Under the pieces are notes generated by a model. That model was not told where the DNA came from, made no database searches, and worked only from the letters and a program-made list of their open reading frames with translations. Shown here one piece after another: positions 26,515 to 35,415 of a stretch of 64,000 nucleotides of DNA (within the stretch, counting starts at the first letter, position 1; the number at the start of each line of letters is the position of its first letter). Location of the stretch: IMG/VR virus record IMGVR_UViG_3300032286_001304, positions 1 through 64,000 of that record; one strand, 5' to 3'. The position numbers and the translations under genes are program-made. The stretch comes from a virus.

Positions 26515-27450
26515 ATGAAAAGACCCAAAACGACACAAGATCAGATAAAATTTATTCTAGAAAATTATCCAGATAATGGAGCTATTTTTTGCAGCGAAAA
26601 AACTGGAATTCCTATAAGAAGGGTAAAAAAAATTTGTTATAAAGCTGGAGTAAAATTAACCAAGGAATCTAGGATAAAAATTCAAAGAAAATTACTCAAC
26701 CTTGCGCATAAACAACGAGAAATAAACAAAAATAATTTTGACTTATACGATGTGAATCCAGGTTTATTTATAAATCCAACAACTCCAGAAGTTGCTTATA
26801 TTTTAGGCTTACTATGGGCAGATGGATACATTAGAGAGGTTGGGTCAATTGCGATTGAAGCTGTAAAAAGTGATATAGATATTTTTTATCCTATTTTTTT
26901 AAAAACTGGAAGTTGGCTAATAAATTATAGAAATCGTTCCAACAGAAAACCACAGGGAAGAATTCATAAAAATAATATAATTATTGGAAAATTTTTAATT
27001 GAAAACGATTACACTTCTAAATCCACTGCATCAGCTTGTAAAATTCTTTCTAAAATTCCAGAACATCTTAAACATTATTGGTTTAGAGGGTTATTTGATG
27101 GAGATGGGTGCTTTTATATCAATCAAAAACAAAATCTAATTCAATTATCTATCGCAAGCTCTTTTGAGCAAGATTGGGGGTTTTGTGAAAAAATTATGGA
27201 AAAATTAAATATTAAATATACAATTAAGAGAAGTCAGCAACTACAAAAAGGAAAAATAAATAAATTTTCTGTTATAAGAGTAACAAATAGGAAAGGTATA
27301 AAGATATTTGGAGATTATATTTATAACAATTACGAAAACGACAAAATTGGTTTGCCTAGAAAATATAATAAATTTAAAGAAATAAAACAAATGATAGGGA
27401 CTAGTGATGGTCTGTCAAGTCCAACGAGCGACCGTTTAAATGCATCTTAA
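26515..27450 (+). CDS. Free-standing LAGLIDADG homing endonuclease
   Basis: AYILGLLWADG and YWFRGLFDGDG; antisense to the operon; likely start MKRPK. Confidence 0.9.
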   Translation: MKRPKTTQDQIKFILENYPDNGAIFCSEKTGIPIRRVKKICYKAGVKLTKESRIKIQRKLLNLAHKQREINKNNFDLYDVNPGLFINPTTPEVAYILGLLWADGYIREVGSIAIEAVKSDIDIFYPIFLKTGSWLINYRNRSNRKPQGRIHKNNIIIGKFLIENDYTSKSTASACKILSKIPEHLKHYWFRGLFDGDGCFYINQKQNLIQLSIASSFEQDWGFCEKIMEKLNIKYTIKRSQQLQKGKINKFSVIRVTNRKGIKIFGDYIYNNYENDKIGLPRKYNKFKEIKQMIGTSDGLSSPTSDRLNAS

Positions 27451-28054
27451 CTTCTTTTAAGGAAACCGGCTCACCGAAAGACTCAACCCCTACATCTAAT
27501 CTAAAACCACGACCATTATTTTTATTTGTTAACTCGCAGTTTGAGTGGGTATGACCCGAAAGATGAATTGAATTTTTTGATTGATAATTATGTGAGATTA
27601 TCGGGTAGTGACAAAGCACTAGCATAGTAGAATTAATATTTACTTCTACATATTGTGGAAGAAAAACAATCTTTTTTCCCTTATGAATAAATGATAATGG
27701 GTAAACCTCATAATTTACATCACCAAATTGTTGTTTCAATTGGAAAAAATATGCCTGTCTTTGCCCGGAGGTGTGATTGCCCCAGAGTAGATGTAATTCT
27801 TTAAACTTTAATCTCTCAATTACTTTATAAAAATTTTCACCTGTGCCATCTGAAAATATAAAATCGCCAAGATGAAAAACGATTGATTCTTCATCGCATT
27901 TTGCGTTCCATCTTTCGATTAAAACTCTATTACTTTCCTCTATAGAGTTAAAACCCCTCCTTCCCCAGATAAATTCACGATCATGGGAGTGATGTAAGTC
28001 ACTTAAAAATAAAAACTTAGACTCATCACCGTTAAACTTTAATTCTTTAATCAT
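27401..28054 (-). CDS. Metallophosphoesterase (phage phosphoesterase type)
   Basis: SDLHHSH, HLGDF, GNH, CHYP, GHTH, DVGVE. Confidence 0.9.
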   Translation of the reverse strand: MIKELKFNGDESKFLFLSDLHHSHDREFIWGRRGFNSIEESNRVLIERWNAKCDEESIVFHLGDFIFSDGTGENFYKVIERLKFKELHLLWGNHTSGQRQAYFFQLKQQFGDVNYEVYPLSFIHKGKKIVFLPQYVEVNINSTMLVLCHYPIISHNYQSKNSIHLSGHTHSNCELTNKNNGRGFRLDVGVESFGEPVSLKEVKMHLNGRSLDLTDHH

Positions 28055-28055
28055 T

Positions 28056-28295
28056 TTAATTATTATCTAAGAATCTGATGGCATTACGGATATCCCAAGC
28101 TGAATGTAATGCTTCAAGCGACTTAGTAATAAGATCATCCTTAGTCATCTCAACGGTTTTCCCATGATTAGTTGTGAAGACTTTATATTGACCATGTTCA
28201 TCTTGTTCTACCCAGCCCTCATTATCCATATCCCATCCATCATGGAGAATACGAAAACGAAATACGGTTTTATTTTTATTATTATCCTCGCTCAT
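28056..28295 (-). CDS. Hypothetical protein
   Basis: Likely start MSEDNNK. Confidence 0.65.
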   Translation of the reverse strand: MSEDNNKNKTVFRFRILHDGWDMDNEGWVEQDEHGQYKVFTTNHGKTVEMTKDDLITKSLEALHSAWDIRNAIRFLDNN

Positions 28296-28740
28296 TCCAG
28301 TTAACATAAGTGATTTTGCCACCCTCGTCAAGCGGAATCGTGAAATTTTCGTGTTGGCGTTTGATTACGTCGATTGGAACCTTTCTTGCGCGTTTTTCAT
28401 TATTTAAAATACATTGTTCAAGAGGTGTCTTAAAAACAACCCACTCTTTATTGTAATTAAATGCGGTTGCAAGACGATTCCAAATCAAACGATTCTTTTT
28501 ATTATAATTAGTATTATCAATAATCAAATTATTTCCTAATGACATCAAATATGACGCCATGTGCTCTAAAGTTTGAAATACTTGGTAATTTTTATCTTGA
28601 TTAGACTCATCACCAGTCATTATCAAACGCATCTTATCTGCATTTAGATAAATGTATTGTGGATTATCTTGTAAAAATTTCTTAGCCCAAGTGCTTTTAC
28701 CTGCACCAGAAATACCCACTAAAAGAATTATATTAGACAT
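28282..28740 (-). CDS. Polynucleotide kinase-like protein, kinase domain only (AAA_33)
   Basis: GISGAGKSTWA, ADKMR, IIDNTN, lid NEKRARKVP. Confidence 0.85.
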   Translation of the reverse strand: MSNIILLVGISGAGKSTWAKKFLQDNPQYIYLNADKMRLIMTGDESNQDKNYQVFQTLEHMASYLMSLGNNLIIDNTNYNKKNRLIWNRLATAFNYNKEWVVFKTPLEQCILNNEKRARKVPIDVIKRQHENFTIPLDEGGKITYVNWNERG

Positions 28741-28799
28741 AGATTTTTAGTTTGAATTTATAAATAATGATTTTTAGTGTAATACAATATACATCCATC

Positions 28800-29795
28800 A
28801 TGAAAAAATTAAGCAAAAATATAAAAGCTGAAGAAATCGAATACCTAAAAAGTAATTATGGAAAAATATTTGGGAGCGAAATTTGCAAACAATTAAAATG
28901 GTCTTCATCAAAACTTGAAAGGGCTACGAGAGCACTTGGGCTAAAGAGTAAGTTGCAAAAAAGAAAAAATAATGCAAACATAGAACTAATTTCAAAATTA
29001 GAAGATCCAGAAATACTTTACATCTTGGGGTATATTTGGGCTGACGGATATATACAGAGAAAAAAGAAAATTAAAAATAATAAAAAAATAGATAACGATT
29101 TTTTATTTCAAATGGCAAAACTAACAATTGTTAGCGAAGATTTTAAAGATATAGAAAATTATTTTAGTAAATTTGGAAAATATTCAATAAAGCACGAAAA
29201 AAGAGGAGATTTTAAGCCGACTTCTACTTGGTTTCTATGCGATACTACGTTTTGTGAATGGTTATGTAAATTCAATTATCATGAAAAATCATTAAAGGGG
29301 CCAGAAAAAATATTAAATGCTATCCCAGAAAATCTTCGCCATTACTGGTGGAGAGGATATTTTGATGGTGATGGTCATATTATATTGGCTACCAATTTTA
29401 GATCTTCCGTTTCGATTTCTGCTAATTTTGATTATAACTGGAGTTTTTTAAATTTGTTCTTGAATGGTATTGATTTTAAAATTAATAAAATAACAAATAA
29501 AAAAGGTCACAAACACTCTATAGCTTCTTGTAATTCTTTTAAATCAAAAAAATTTTTAGACTATATTTACCAAAATGTAGAAAAAGATAATATAGGACTT
29601 AAAAGAAAACGAGAAAGGTATTTTTTGTCTAAGCAATATATTTTTAAAGATAAAAAAAATAAAAATAAATATGTATATTATGTAGAAAGGAGAAATAAAT
29701 GGTCACTTTCTATTAAAAAACTTGGTGTCCAAATTTTATTTGAAACAGAAGCAGAGGCCATAAAGAAAAGAGACGAAATTATAAATAATCTTTAA
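28800..29795 (+). CDS. Free-standing LAGLIDADG homing endonuclease with AP2-like C-terminus
   Basis: YILGYIWADG, YWWRGYFDGDG; tail KYVYY...KW...FETEAEAIKKR; ORF track starts at 28767. Confidence 0.9.
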   Translation: MKKLSKNIKAEEIEYLKSNYGKIFGSEICKQLKWSSSKLERATRALGLKSKLQKRKNNANIELISKLEDPEILYILGYIWADGYIQRKKKIKNNKKIDNDFLFQMAKLTIVSEDFKDIENYFSKFGKYSIKHEKRGDFKPTSTWFLCDTTFCEWLCKFNYHEKSLKGPEKILNAIPENLRHYWWRGYFDGDGHIILATNFRSSVSISANFDYNWSFLNLFLNGIDFKINKITNKKGHKHSIASCNSFKSKKFLDYIYQNVEKDNIGLKRKRERYFLSKQYIFKDKKNKNKYVYYVERRNKWSLSIKKLGVQILFETEAEAIKKRDEIINNL

Positions 29796-30747
29796 GTTTG
29801 ACATAAGACGAAAGAAGATCTTGATCTACCATAGAAAATAATCTTTCATAAATTGGACGAAAAACTCTTCCATCAATATCTGGTTCATTGATTAACTCAG
29901 AAATTTGTCTATGAATTTCTCTATCCAAATCACCTTCAATTTTAAATCCGCGTAGACCAATTTCTGCATAATCATAACCATCACTCCAGTCATTTCTATT
30001 TTGTTGTAAATAATGCGCGAGATACAAATATTTATCTTTTGAAAGAATCGCTTCAGTCATCTCATGAACATTAGGCATTCCATTTGGAAAAGTCAAGTCA
30101 TATTTCTTAATTAATTCAAGAAATAACTTAGTCTTTTCCGCTTCTTTCTTTTTCTTTTCCTCTTCTAATTCCTTTGCTCGTTCAGCCGCTTGACGCTTTT
30201 GCACCTGCTCTTCAACCTTTCTTTTGAACCCTGACCAGTCGGGCAGAGAAGGAGCGTAAACGCGACATTTTGATTTTAATTCGGTGACAAATTCGCAATC
30301 CATCCAATCAGGAATGGTTTTCCGCGATTTAGGATTTTTACAACGAGTTTCAATCCCCATTAGTTTGATCAAATCAATTAAACCATTGAACGAGGCAAGA
30401 TTATTCTTTGCGATTTCTAAATTTTCAGCATAGATCGCCTTATCTTTTTCCCAAATTTCATCAATAAGTTCAATTTTATCCACAAATTGATATGAGTCAT
30501 AAACTCCTTGCGATGCTTCGCGTAACTTTTCTTCTTTACGAATTCCCCAAATCGAGGTAGATTCATATTGGTATTCAAATTGGTAGGAGTAATAAAGATA
30601 AGATTTATATGGAATAATTTTCCAATCTTTTTGCGCTGCCGCTTTATATTTTTCCACTTCGTTAGCGGATTCAGTTATCGCGTCAAGCAAATAAGAAACT
30701 GCTAACTTTCCCTTATAGGAAAGTTTTTCATCATCGTATTGTTTCAT
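29779..30747 (-). CDS. Hypothetical protein
   Basis: 322 aa ORF with coiled-coil centre. Confidence 0.8.
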   Translation of the reverse strand: MKQYDDEKLSYKGKLAVSYLLDAITESANEVEKYKAAAQKDWKIIPYKSYLYYSYQFEYQYESTSIWGIRKEEKLREASQGVYDSYQFVDKIELIDEIWEKDKAIYAENLEIAKNNLASFNGLIDLIKLMGIETRCKNPKSRKTIPDWMDCEFVTELKSKCRVYAPSLPDWSGFKRKVEEQVQKRQAAERAKELEEEKKKKEAEKTKLFLELIKKYDLTFPNGMPNVHEMTEAILSKDKYLYLAHYLQQNRNDWSDGYDYAEIGLRGFKIEGDLDREIHRQISELINEPDIDGRVFRPIYERLFSMVDQDLLSSYVKLKDYL

Positions 30748-30750
30748 TTT

Positions 30751-31590
30751 TTATTTATTTTGTTCCGCTACTGATTCTTGCGTTTCAATATCCACTTCCC
30801 CTCTATCGTGTTCGGCAGATTCTTGGCTTAAAAAGGCCAGACTTTTTAATTTATATACATCAGCATAATCATTAAATTTACGGACTACAACACCTTCTCT
30901 TGGAACTTTATTGACACATAATGGACAATCCATTTCTGTATATTTCGCAATTAAATGATTTAGCAGTTCTTCACGCCAAATATCTAAATCCCTATCATCC
31001 TTTGATTCAAGCCACTTAGTAGGCGCAACTAAATCTTTCGCATAACCAATATAATGATATGGAACTGTCTTTAGATTGTATTTCTTGCAATAAAGAGCAA
31101 TTTGCTGTTCGGTAAATTCAAAAACTTCACCCGATGGATTTGTATAGGTTATGCGATAAATAGCATAGTCATGTTGACCAGTTTTTGTGCCATAATCAAA
31201 ATCCTTTTGAATCCACTTGCAATTAGGAAGTTGCCCATAAATCTCTACATAAAAACTCATTCCATCTTTTAGGAATGGATTAAGTTCTTTGGCAACCAAG
31301 CCCCAAATATCTACATCATAGAAAGATTCTGATTTTTTATCAGCATAAGCGTTTTTAATTACTTTACGTGAACTCCATAGATAATCATAATTAGTATCTA
31401 CGATATTCACACCTAATTTCTTTAGAATCTTCTCGTAAAAATTCAATGATTTTTTACATAGAACTTTAGAGAAAACCCCGCTAGTATTATGAATTAGAAT
31501 TCCGTTAGCATAGAAATTACCAGTTGAACTTACGGTTAAGTCATAGCGATCATTTCGCTTATCCAACTTTTTAATTGATTTTATTTTCAT
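30751..31590 (-). CDS. C-intein (35 aa) fused to the C-terminal half of an RNA ligase
   Basis: MKIKSIKK...YDLTV...NFYANGILIHN|TSG; ligase motifs SRK, VEIYG, EGVVVR, KLKS. Confidence 0.92.
   Translation of the reverse strand: MKIKSIKKLDKRNDRYDLTVSSTGNFYANGILIHNTSGVFSKVLCKKSLNFYEKILKKLGVNIVDTNYDYLWSSRKVIKNAYADKKSESFYDVDIWGLVAKELNPFLKDGMSFYVEIYGQLPNCKWIQKDFDYGTKTGQHDYAIYRITYTNPSGEVFEFTEQQIALYCKKYNLKTVPYHYIGYAKDLVAPTKWLESKDDRDLDIWREELLNHLIAKYTEMDCPLCVNKVPREGVVVRKFNDYADVYKLKSLAFLSQESAEHDRGEVDIETQESVAEQNK
31486..31590 (-). mobile_element. Split intein, C-terminal part (IntC)
   Basis: Blocks F and G, terminal His-Asn, +1 Thr. Confidence 0.93.
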
Positions 31591-32557
31591 AAATTGATTT
31601 TATTTTTTCATATAGAAGTAAGAATTTATCTTCTCTGTTTAGTAGATGTAACTCTCTTTCCCATATCGTGACAACACTAAACCCTTTTTCTCTAGCTAAG
31701 TCAATTTTATTTTTATCTTTTTCCCAGATTTCTTTTGCAGTCTTGCGTGAAACTGGCATAATATCATTTTCTTTGTAAAGTTCAGGATCAGCGTGCCAAA
31801 TTGTTCCATTTATTTCGACTAAAACCTTTGAATTAGAGAGATAAATATCAAAAACATATCTTCCCATTTTAAATTGAGAAGAAAATGGAACTTGATTATC
31901 CACTAAGATTTCTTGTATATCTTTTTCCAAAGAACTTTCATATAGTTGAGTATTATTTTTTAATGACTGCTCGCTCCTTATTGTTTTTAATAGCCATTCC
32001 TCTTTTTCTTCTATTGTTTTGGATGACCATGCTATTTTTGAATCTATTGATCTTTTTTCTCTTATGGAGCATCCGAAATTCTTTAAAAATACAGACTCCA
32101 TTTTTTCAAGAAAATTCTTTATTTTAAATGGATTATCGACCCCATATTTCAAAATATAGGTTTTTTTTCTTTTTTCATTGAACTCTTTTACCTTAAAAGT
32201 TTGATCAACCCCATATCTTATAAGATTCGTTTTTTTTGATTTTTTAGCTGCCAAAACACATGCTTCACTATGCGTTCTTGGAATTATCCCAAAATAGTCT
32301 ATTAAAAATTTGGTAATTTTGTATGGAATTCCATATTTTTCTTTAAAATCCGGCAAACTATATAGTAGCGTTGAATAAGCATAATGAAAAATTTCTTTTG
32401 TCGCTATCTCTTTGAATGTCTCTAAATAAATCAAATATCTTAAAGACTTGGTATCCATCCCTCTTTTCTTTCTCTCCCATCTTAGATATGAAGCGAGTTG
32501 ATTGTTTTCATTGATAATTGTTTTTTTAAAGGGGCAAATATATTTTTGAGTATCCAT
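31571..32557 (-). CDS. Vsr/DUF559-like homing endonuclease between the intein halves
   Basis: SSLE...FDIY...VEINGTIWHAD...KD...VVTIWE; RYGVDQ/KYGVDNPF repeats; likely start MDTQK. Confidence 0.88.
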   Translation of the reverse strand: MDTQKYICPFKKTIINENNQLASYLRWERKKRGMDTKSLRYLIYLETFKEIATKEIFHYAYSTLLYSLPDFKEKYGIPYKITKFLIDYFGIIPRTHSEACVLAAKKSKKTNLIRYGVDQTFKVKEFNEKRKKTYILKYGVDNPFKIKNFLEKMESVFLKNFGCSIREKRSIDSKIAWSSKTIEEKEEWLLKTIRSEQSLKNNTQLYESSLEKDIQEILVDNQVPFSSQFKMGRYVFDIYLSNSKVLVEINGTIWHADPELYKENDIMPVSRKTAKEIWEKDKNKIDLAREKGFSVVTIWERELHLLNREDKFLLLYEKIKSIYENKIN

Positions 32558-32594
32558 ATACAATGGATTACACAAAAAATTCTAAAATTATACT

Positions 32595-32906
32595 TTATTC
32601 TGAATTTTTGCTGATAAGAACTTCGTCCCCATTTTTCAGAAGATCGGCTCTTCTGTAACATTTTAAATCCTTCATCCAAACTGGGTTATTACCCGTTATC
32701 TCTATCTTCCGCCCATCCTCTAACTCCATCTCATACCAATCATCACTATCTTTATAAAAATAATGATCTGTAATTTTGGCCCATACCTCTTTCTCAAGTT
32801 CTACGTCATAAGCCAAAACATTTCCAAATAATTTATTATCAACTACTTGGCCTATCGTGATATCCCCGTATTCAAGGGTTTTTATAATCGTTTCCTTATC
32901 CACACA
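32595..32906 (-). mobile_element. Split intein, N-terminal part (IntN, 103 aa)
   Basis: Cys1, block B region LEDGRKIEITGNNPVW, ending ADLLKNGDEVL. Confidence 0.92.
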
Positions 32907-33545
32907 ACCATGAAGTTTTTCAGAAATTGAGATAAAATCGTCTGGATGTAATGAAGATAAATTCTTTTTTAGCGGAGCCGTATCAATATGTAGTCTAAAT
33001 TGATTATCTACAAGTTTAGACTCTCTCTTTACTTTTCCTTTTTTGTTTTTAGAATTATTTTCTATATTTTGGGCGCGACGTAATGCATCATAATTGATAT
33101 ATTTATCGCAAATAAATGTATCTCCATAATGACTAAATTCAGTTCCTACCTCAAAATCTCCTATTGAAGCCTTTATTTTCTTGGAGGATAACCAATCAAC
33201 AATGGATTGAATTGGAACAATATAACCTTCAGAAAAGATTCCGCGAAGTTTGGTTGTTTTAACTCTTGATACGGATGGGAAAAATCCTTTTATGCTTTTA
33301 TCCGCATTTAATTCGGATTTGGAATAAGAATTAGACCAACTTAGATATTCCGAGTTTAAACGAGATTCCAGAGGAAAATAAATATAAATATCATCGGTTT
33401 TTGCATTTAGTCCTGTGATTACGTTCTGCCCATCAATAAAGGCAATTTGCAAACTGTCAGCGGATGGATGCTTACGCAATTCACCCAACTTAACTACTTT
33501 AGCAAGATAGTTTTTATGTTCGGTTTGAATAGATAATTTGCTCAT
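32595..33545 (-). CDS. N-terminal half of a DRB0094/Rnl5-like RNA ligase fused to an N-intein
   Basis: OB-like N-terminus (HPSADSL...KLRGIFSEG), motif I EKLHG, then CVDKETII intein block A. Confidence 0.92.
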   Translation of the reverse strand: MSKLSIQTEHKNYLAKVVKLGELRKHPSADSLQIAFIDGQNVITGLNAKTDDIYIYFPLESRLNSEYLSWSNSYSKSELNADKSIKGFFPSVSRVKTTKLRGIFSEGYIVPIQSIVDWLSSKKIKASIGDFEVGTEFSHYGDTFICDKYINYDALRRAQNIENNSKNKKGKVKRESKLVDNQFRLHIDTAPLKKNLSSLHPDDFISISEKLHGCVDKETIIKTLEYGDITIGQVVDNKLFGNVLAYDVELEKEVWAKITDHYFYKDSDDWYEMELEDGRKIEITGNNPVWMKDLKCYRRADLLKNGDEVLISKNSE

Positions 33546-33554
33546 GTTAGATTT

Positions 33555-33583
33555 AACTTAGTTTATTCCGGTATTAAAGTCAA
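33555..33583 (-). promoter_or_regulatory. Sigma70-like promoter for the RNA ligase operon
   Basis: TTGACT-17-TAAGTT; the -35 contains the upstream gene's TGA stop. Confidence 0.65.
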
Positions 33584-33813
33584 TTATTTTCTTCCGTAAA
33601 TTTATAAAATTCCTCATTAAATAACGCATCAATTGCCCGTCGCTGTCGCTCATCTTGTTCTGATGGGTTATTGTCTGGTCTATGACCAATTGGGTTATTT
33701 AATGCAATTTTATACCACGGATCACCGAATGGATTATTTTTCATAACCTCTCGCTGGAAACTCAAGCAAGACACTCTTAATTTTTCTGATTTATCTAAAA
33801 AACTATGTTTCAT
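33580..33813 (-). CDS. Hypothetical protein
   Basis: 77 aa ORF. Confidence 0.6.
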   Translation of the reverse strand: MKHSFLDKSEKLRVSCLSFQREVMKNNPFGDPWYKIALNNPIGHRPDNNPSEQDERQRRAIDALFNEEFYKFTEENN

Positions 33814-33821
33814 TTTAAAAT

Positions 33822-34370
33822 TTATCTTTTTGAATAAACGCCATTAACGAATGATTTATCTACAAATCGCTCTGATTTCTCAACCCAAAAGTCTGGAATC
33901 TTGGATATTTTAGGCCAAAGTGCAAATTCAATCTTATCTAAGATATAGAATTTTTGATAAGCCTTTACACAATCAGGTTCTTCTTTTTCTAGTTGTTCCT
34001 TAAACTTTCCAAAGCAACGCGCAAATTGAGTTAAACCACTACTGGAAAAAGAAATTGATTTGTAATGATTTTTAATCCAATCAAGATGTTGCGCCGTGCC
34101 ATGCTCACGTTTATAACGAATCTTATATTCATCTAATTGCGCCTCAAAATGAGCTAGTCCCCATTCAAAATTATCTTTTGAACAGCGAAGCCATATTGAA
34201 GCGGGATGTTTATAATGAGCGTGCTTTGGAGAATTTTTGTATGGAGCAGTGCCTTCTGGAAAGCAAAAACAGAGCATTTGTAGAGACTCTGTTGGCATTT
34301 TAACTATATGCTTATTGCCTAATTGACGAGCAGCGATTTCTGGGTCTTGGTTAATGGCAAATATGTTCAT
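33822..34370 (-). CDS. Pyrimidine-dimer DNA glycosylase / DenV-like family protein
   Basis: MNIF...KHIVKMPTESLQML...HYKHPASIW...EYKIRY...H. Confidence 0.8.
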   Translation of the reverse strand: MNIFAINQDPEIAARQLGNKHIVKMPTESLQMLCFCFPEGTAPYKNSPKHAHYKHPASIWLRCSKDNFEWGLAHFEAQLDEYKIRYKREHGTAQHLDWIKNHYKSISFSSSGLTQFARCFGKFKEQLEKEEPDCVKAYQKFYILDKIEFALWPKISKIPDFWVEKSERFVDKSFVNGVYSKR

Positions 34371-34381
34371 GATTGACCTCT

Positions 34382-34410
34382 AACCTAAGTCAAAACGGAC
34401 TCAAAAGCAA
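34382..34410 (-). promoter_or_regulatory. Sigma70-like promoter
   Basis: TTGCTT-17-TAGGTT. Confidence 0.6.
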
Positions 34411-34431
34411 GCAAATTTTTTAGATTTTTCG

Positions 34432-35415
34432 CTATTTCAGACTGATTTCTGCATAAGTTGCTTTGACTGATTCCTCTAGCGAAGTGAATTCTTTCTTGTA
34501 TCCTAACTGGTTACGGAGTTTTGTCAAGTCCGCAACTGTTCTTGATTGGTATTGTTTTTGTAAATTATCTGGCAATGGTTCATATTTAAATAGATTATCT
34601 TTTGGTAATCCTCTTACATCCGCGCAAACTGAAGCTAATTTTTCCCAAGAAGTTCCTTCGCCGGAACCAAGATTATAAATACCAGCTTTGCAATCATTGG
34701 TAAGGGTAAAATAAATTACATCGGCCAAATCATTGACCCATATGAAATCGCGTTCAAATACAGTATTTTTATCATCACGGAATAATACAAAGGGCGGTTT
34801 ATCCGATAAGAAACGAGTTATCGGAGATGCCATTCTGCGCTCAACCTTGTGGGATTCATCAGCACCAAAACAATTGAAAAATCTGAAACTGTAACATTTA
34901 TGATTGCCAAAATATTGATTTAAATATTGCTCTATTTCTATATCGCACAACTGCTTTGTCTTTCCATACAAGTGCGGAGGTCTTAATCCTTCCGTGCGCT
35001 CTGTAAAATCAGAGGAATTACCATAAACCGAAGCCGATGAAGCAAATATAAATTTAGAGTCTTTCTTTCCATGATGTTGAGAAAAATAAGCCCACATTCT
35101 CAAAAGGTCTTTTGTGTAGTAGAAATTTTGATATAAAACCTTTTCATAATCTTCTGGTTTTGTTGTAGTTGACGATGATGCGCCAAAATGAATGATATGG
35201 TCATAATCATCGACTTTGTTTGATATTAAAAGTTCTTTGTAATCATAAATGCCCTTAATGTCGCATGAAAGGATATTATGCATCTTTGAATGCAGAGTAT
35301 CTAGTTTTTCATAAATATCTATGTTTATGTAACCTTCTTTATTTAAACGCTTTATAACATTACTGGCAATAAATCCTGCGCCGCCTGTGCAAGCGATTTT
35401 TATATTTTTATTCAT
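34432..35415 (-). CDS. hldD: ADP-L-glycero-D-manno-heptose 6-epimerase-like SDR
   Basis: TGGAGFIASN, HFGASSSTT, ASSASVYG, YGKTK, E.HK..MAS, RDFIWV, YQSRTVAD. Confidence 0.85.
   Translation of the reverse strand: MNKNIKIACTGGAGFIASNVIKRLNKEGYINIDIYEKLDTLHSKMHNILSCDIKGIYDYKELLISNKVDDYDHIIHFGASSSTTTKPEDYEKVLYQNFYYTKDLLRMWAYFSQHHGKKDSKFIFASSASVYGNSSDFTERTEGLRPPHLYGKTKQLCDIEIEQYLNQYFGNHKCYSFRFFNCFGADESHKVERRMASPITRFLSDKPPFVLFRDDKNTVFERDFIWVNDLADVIYFTLTNDCKAGIYNLGSGEGTSWEKLASVCADVRGLPKDNLFKYEPLPDNLQKQYQSRTVADLTKLRNQLGYKKEFTSLEESVKATYAEISLK

Noticed and set aside
28759-28766. T4-type late promoter TATAAATA before endonuclease genes (also 3023-3030)
   Set aside because: An all-A/T octamer expected often in this genome; the GTGTAA motif fits more consistently.
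31571-32594. Group I intron removing the endonuclease to rejoin the ligase at RNA level
   Set aside because: Only about 37 non-coding nt separate IntN from the endonuclease, which overlaps the IntC start. There is no room for a ribozyme core, and IntC has its own ATG.
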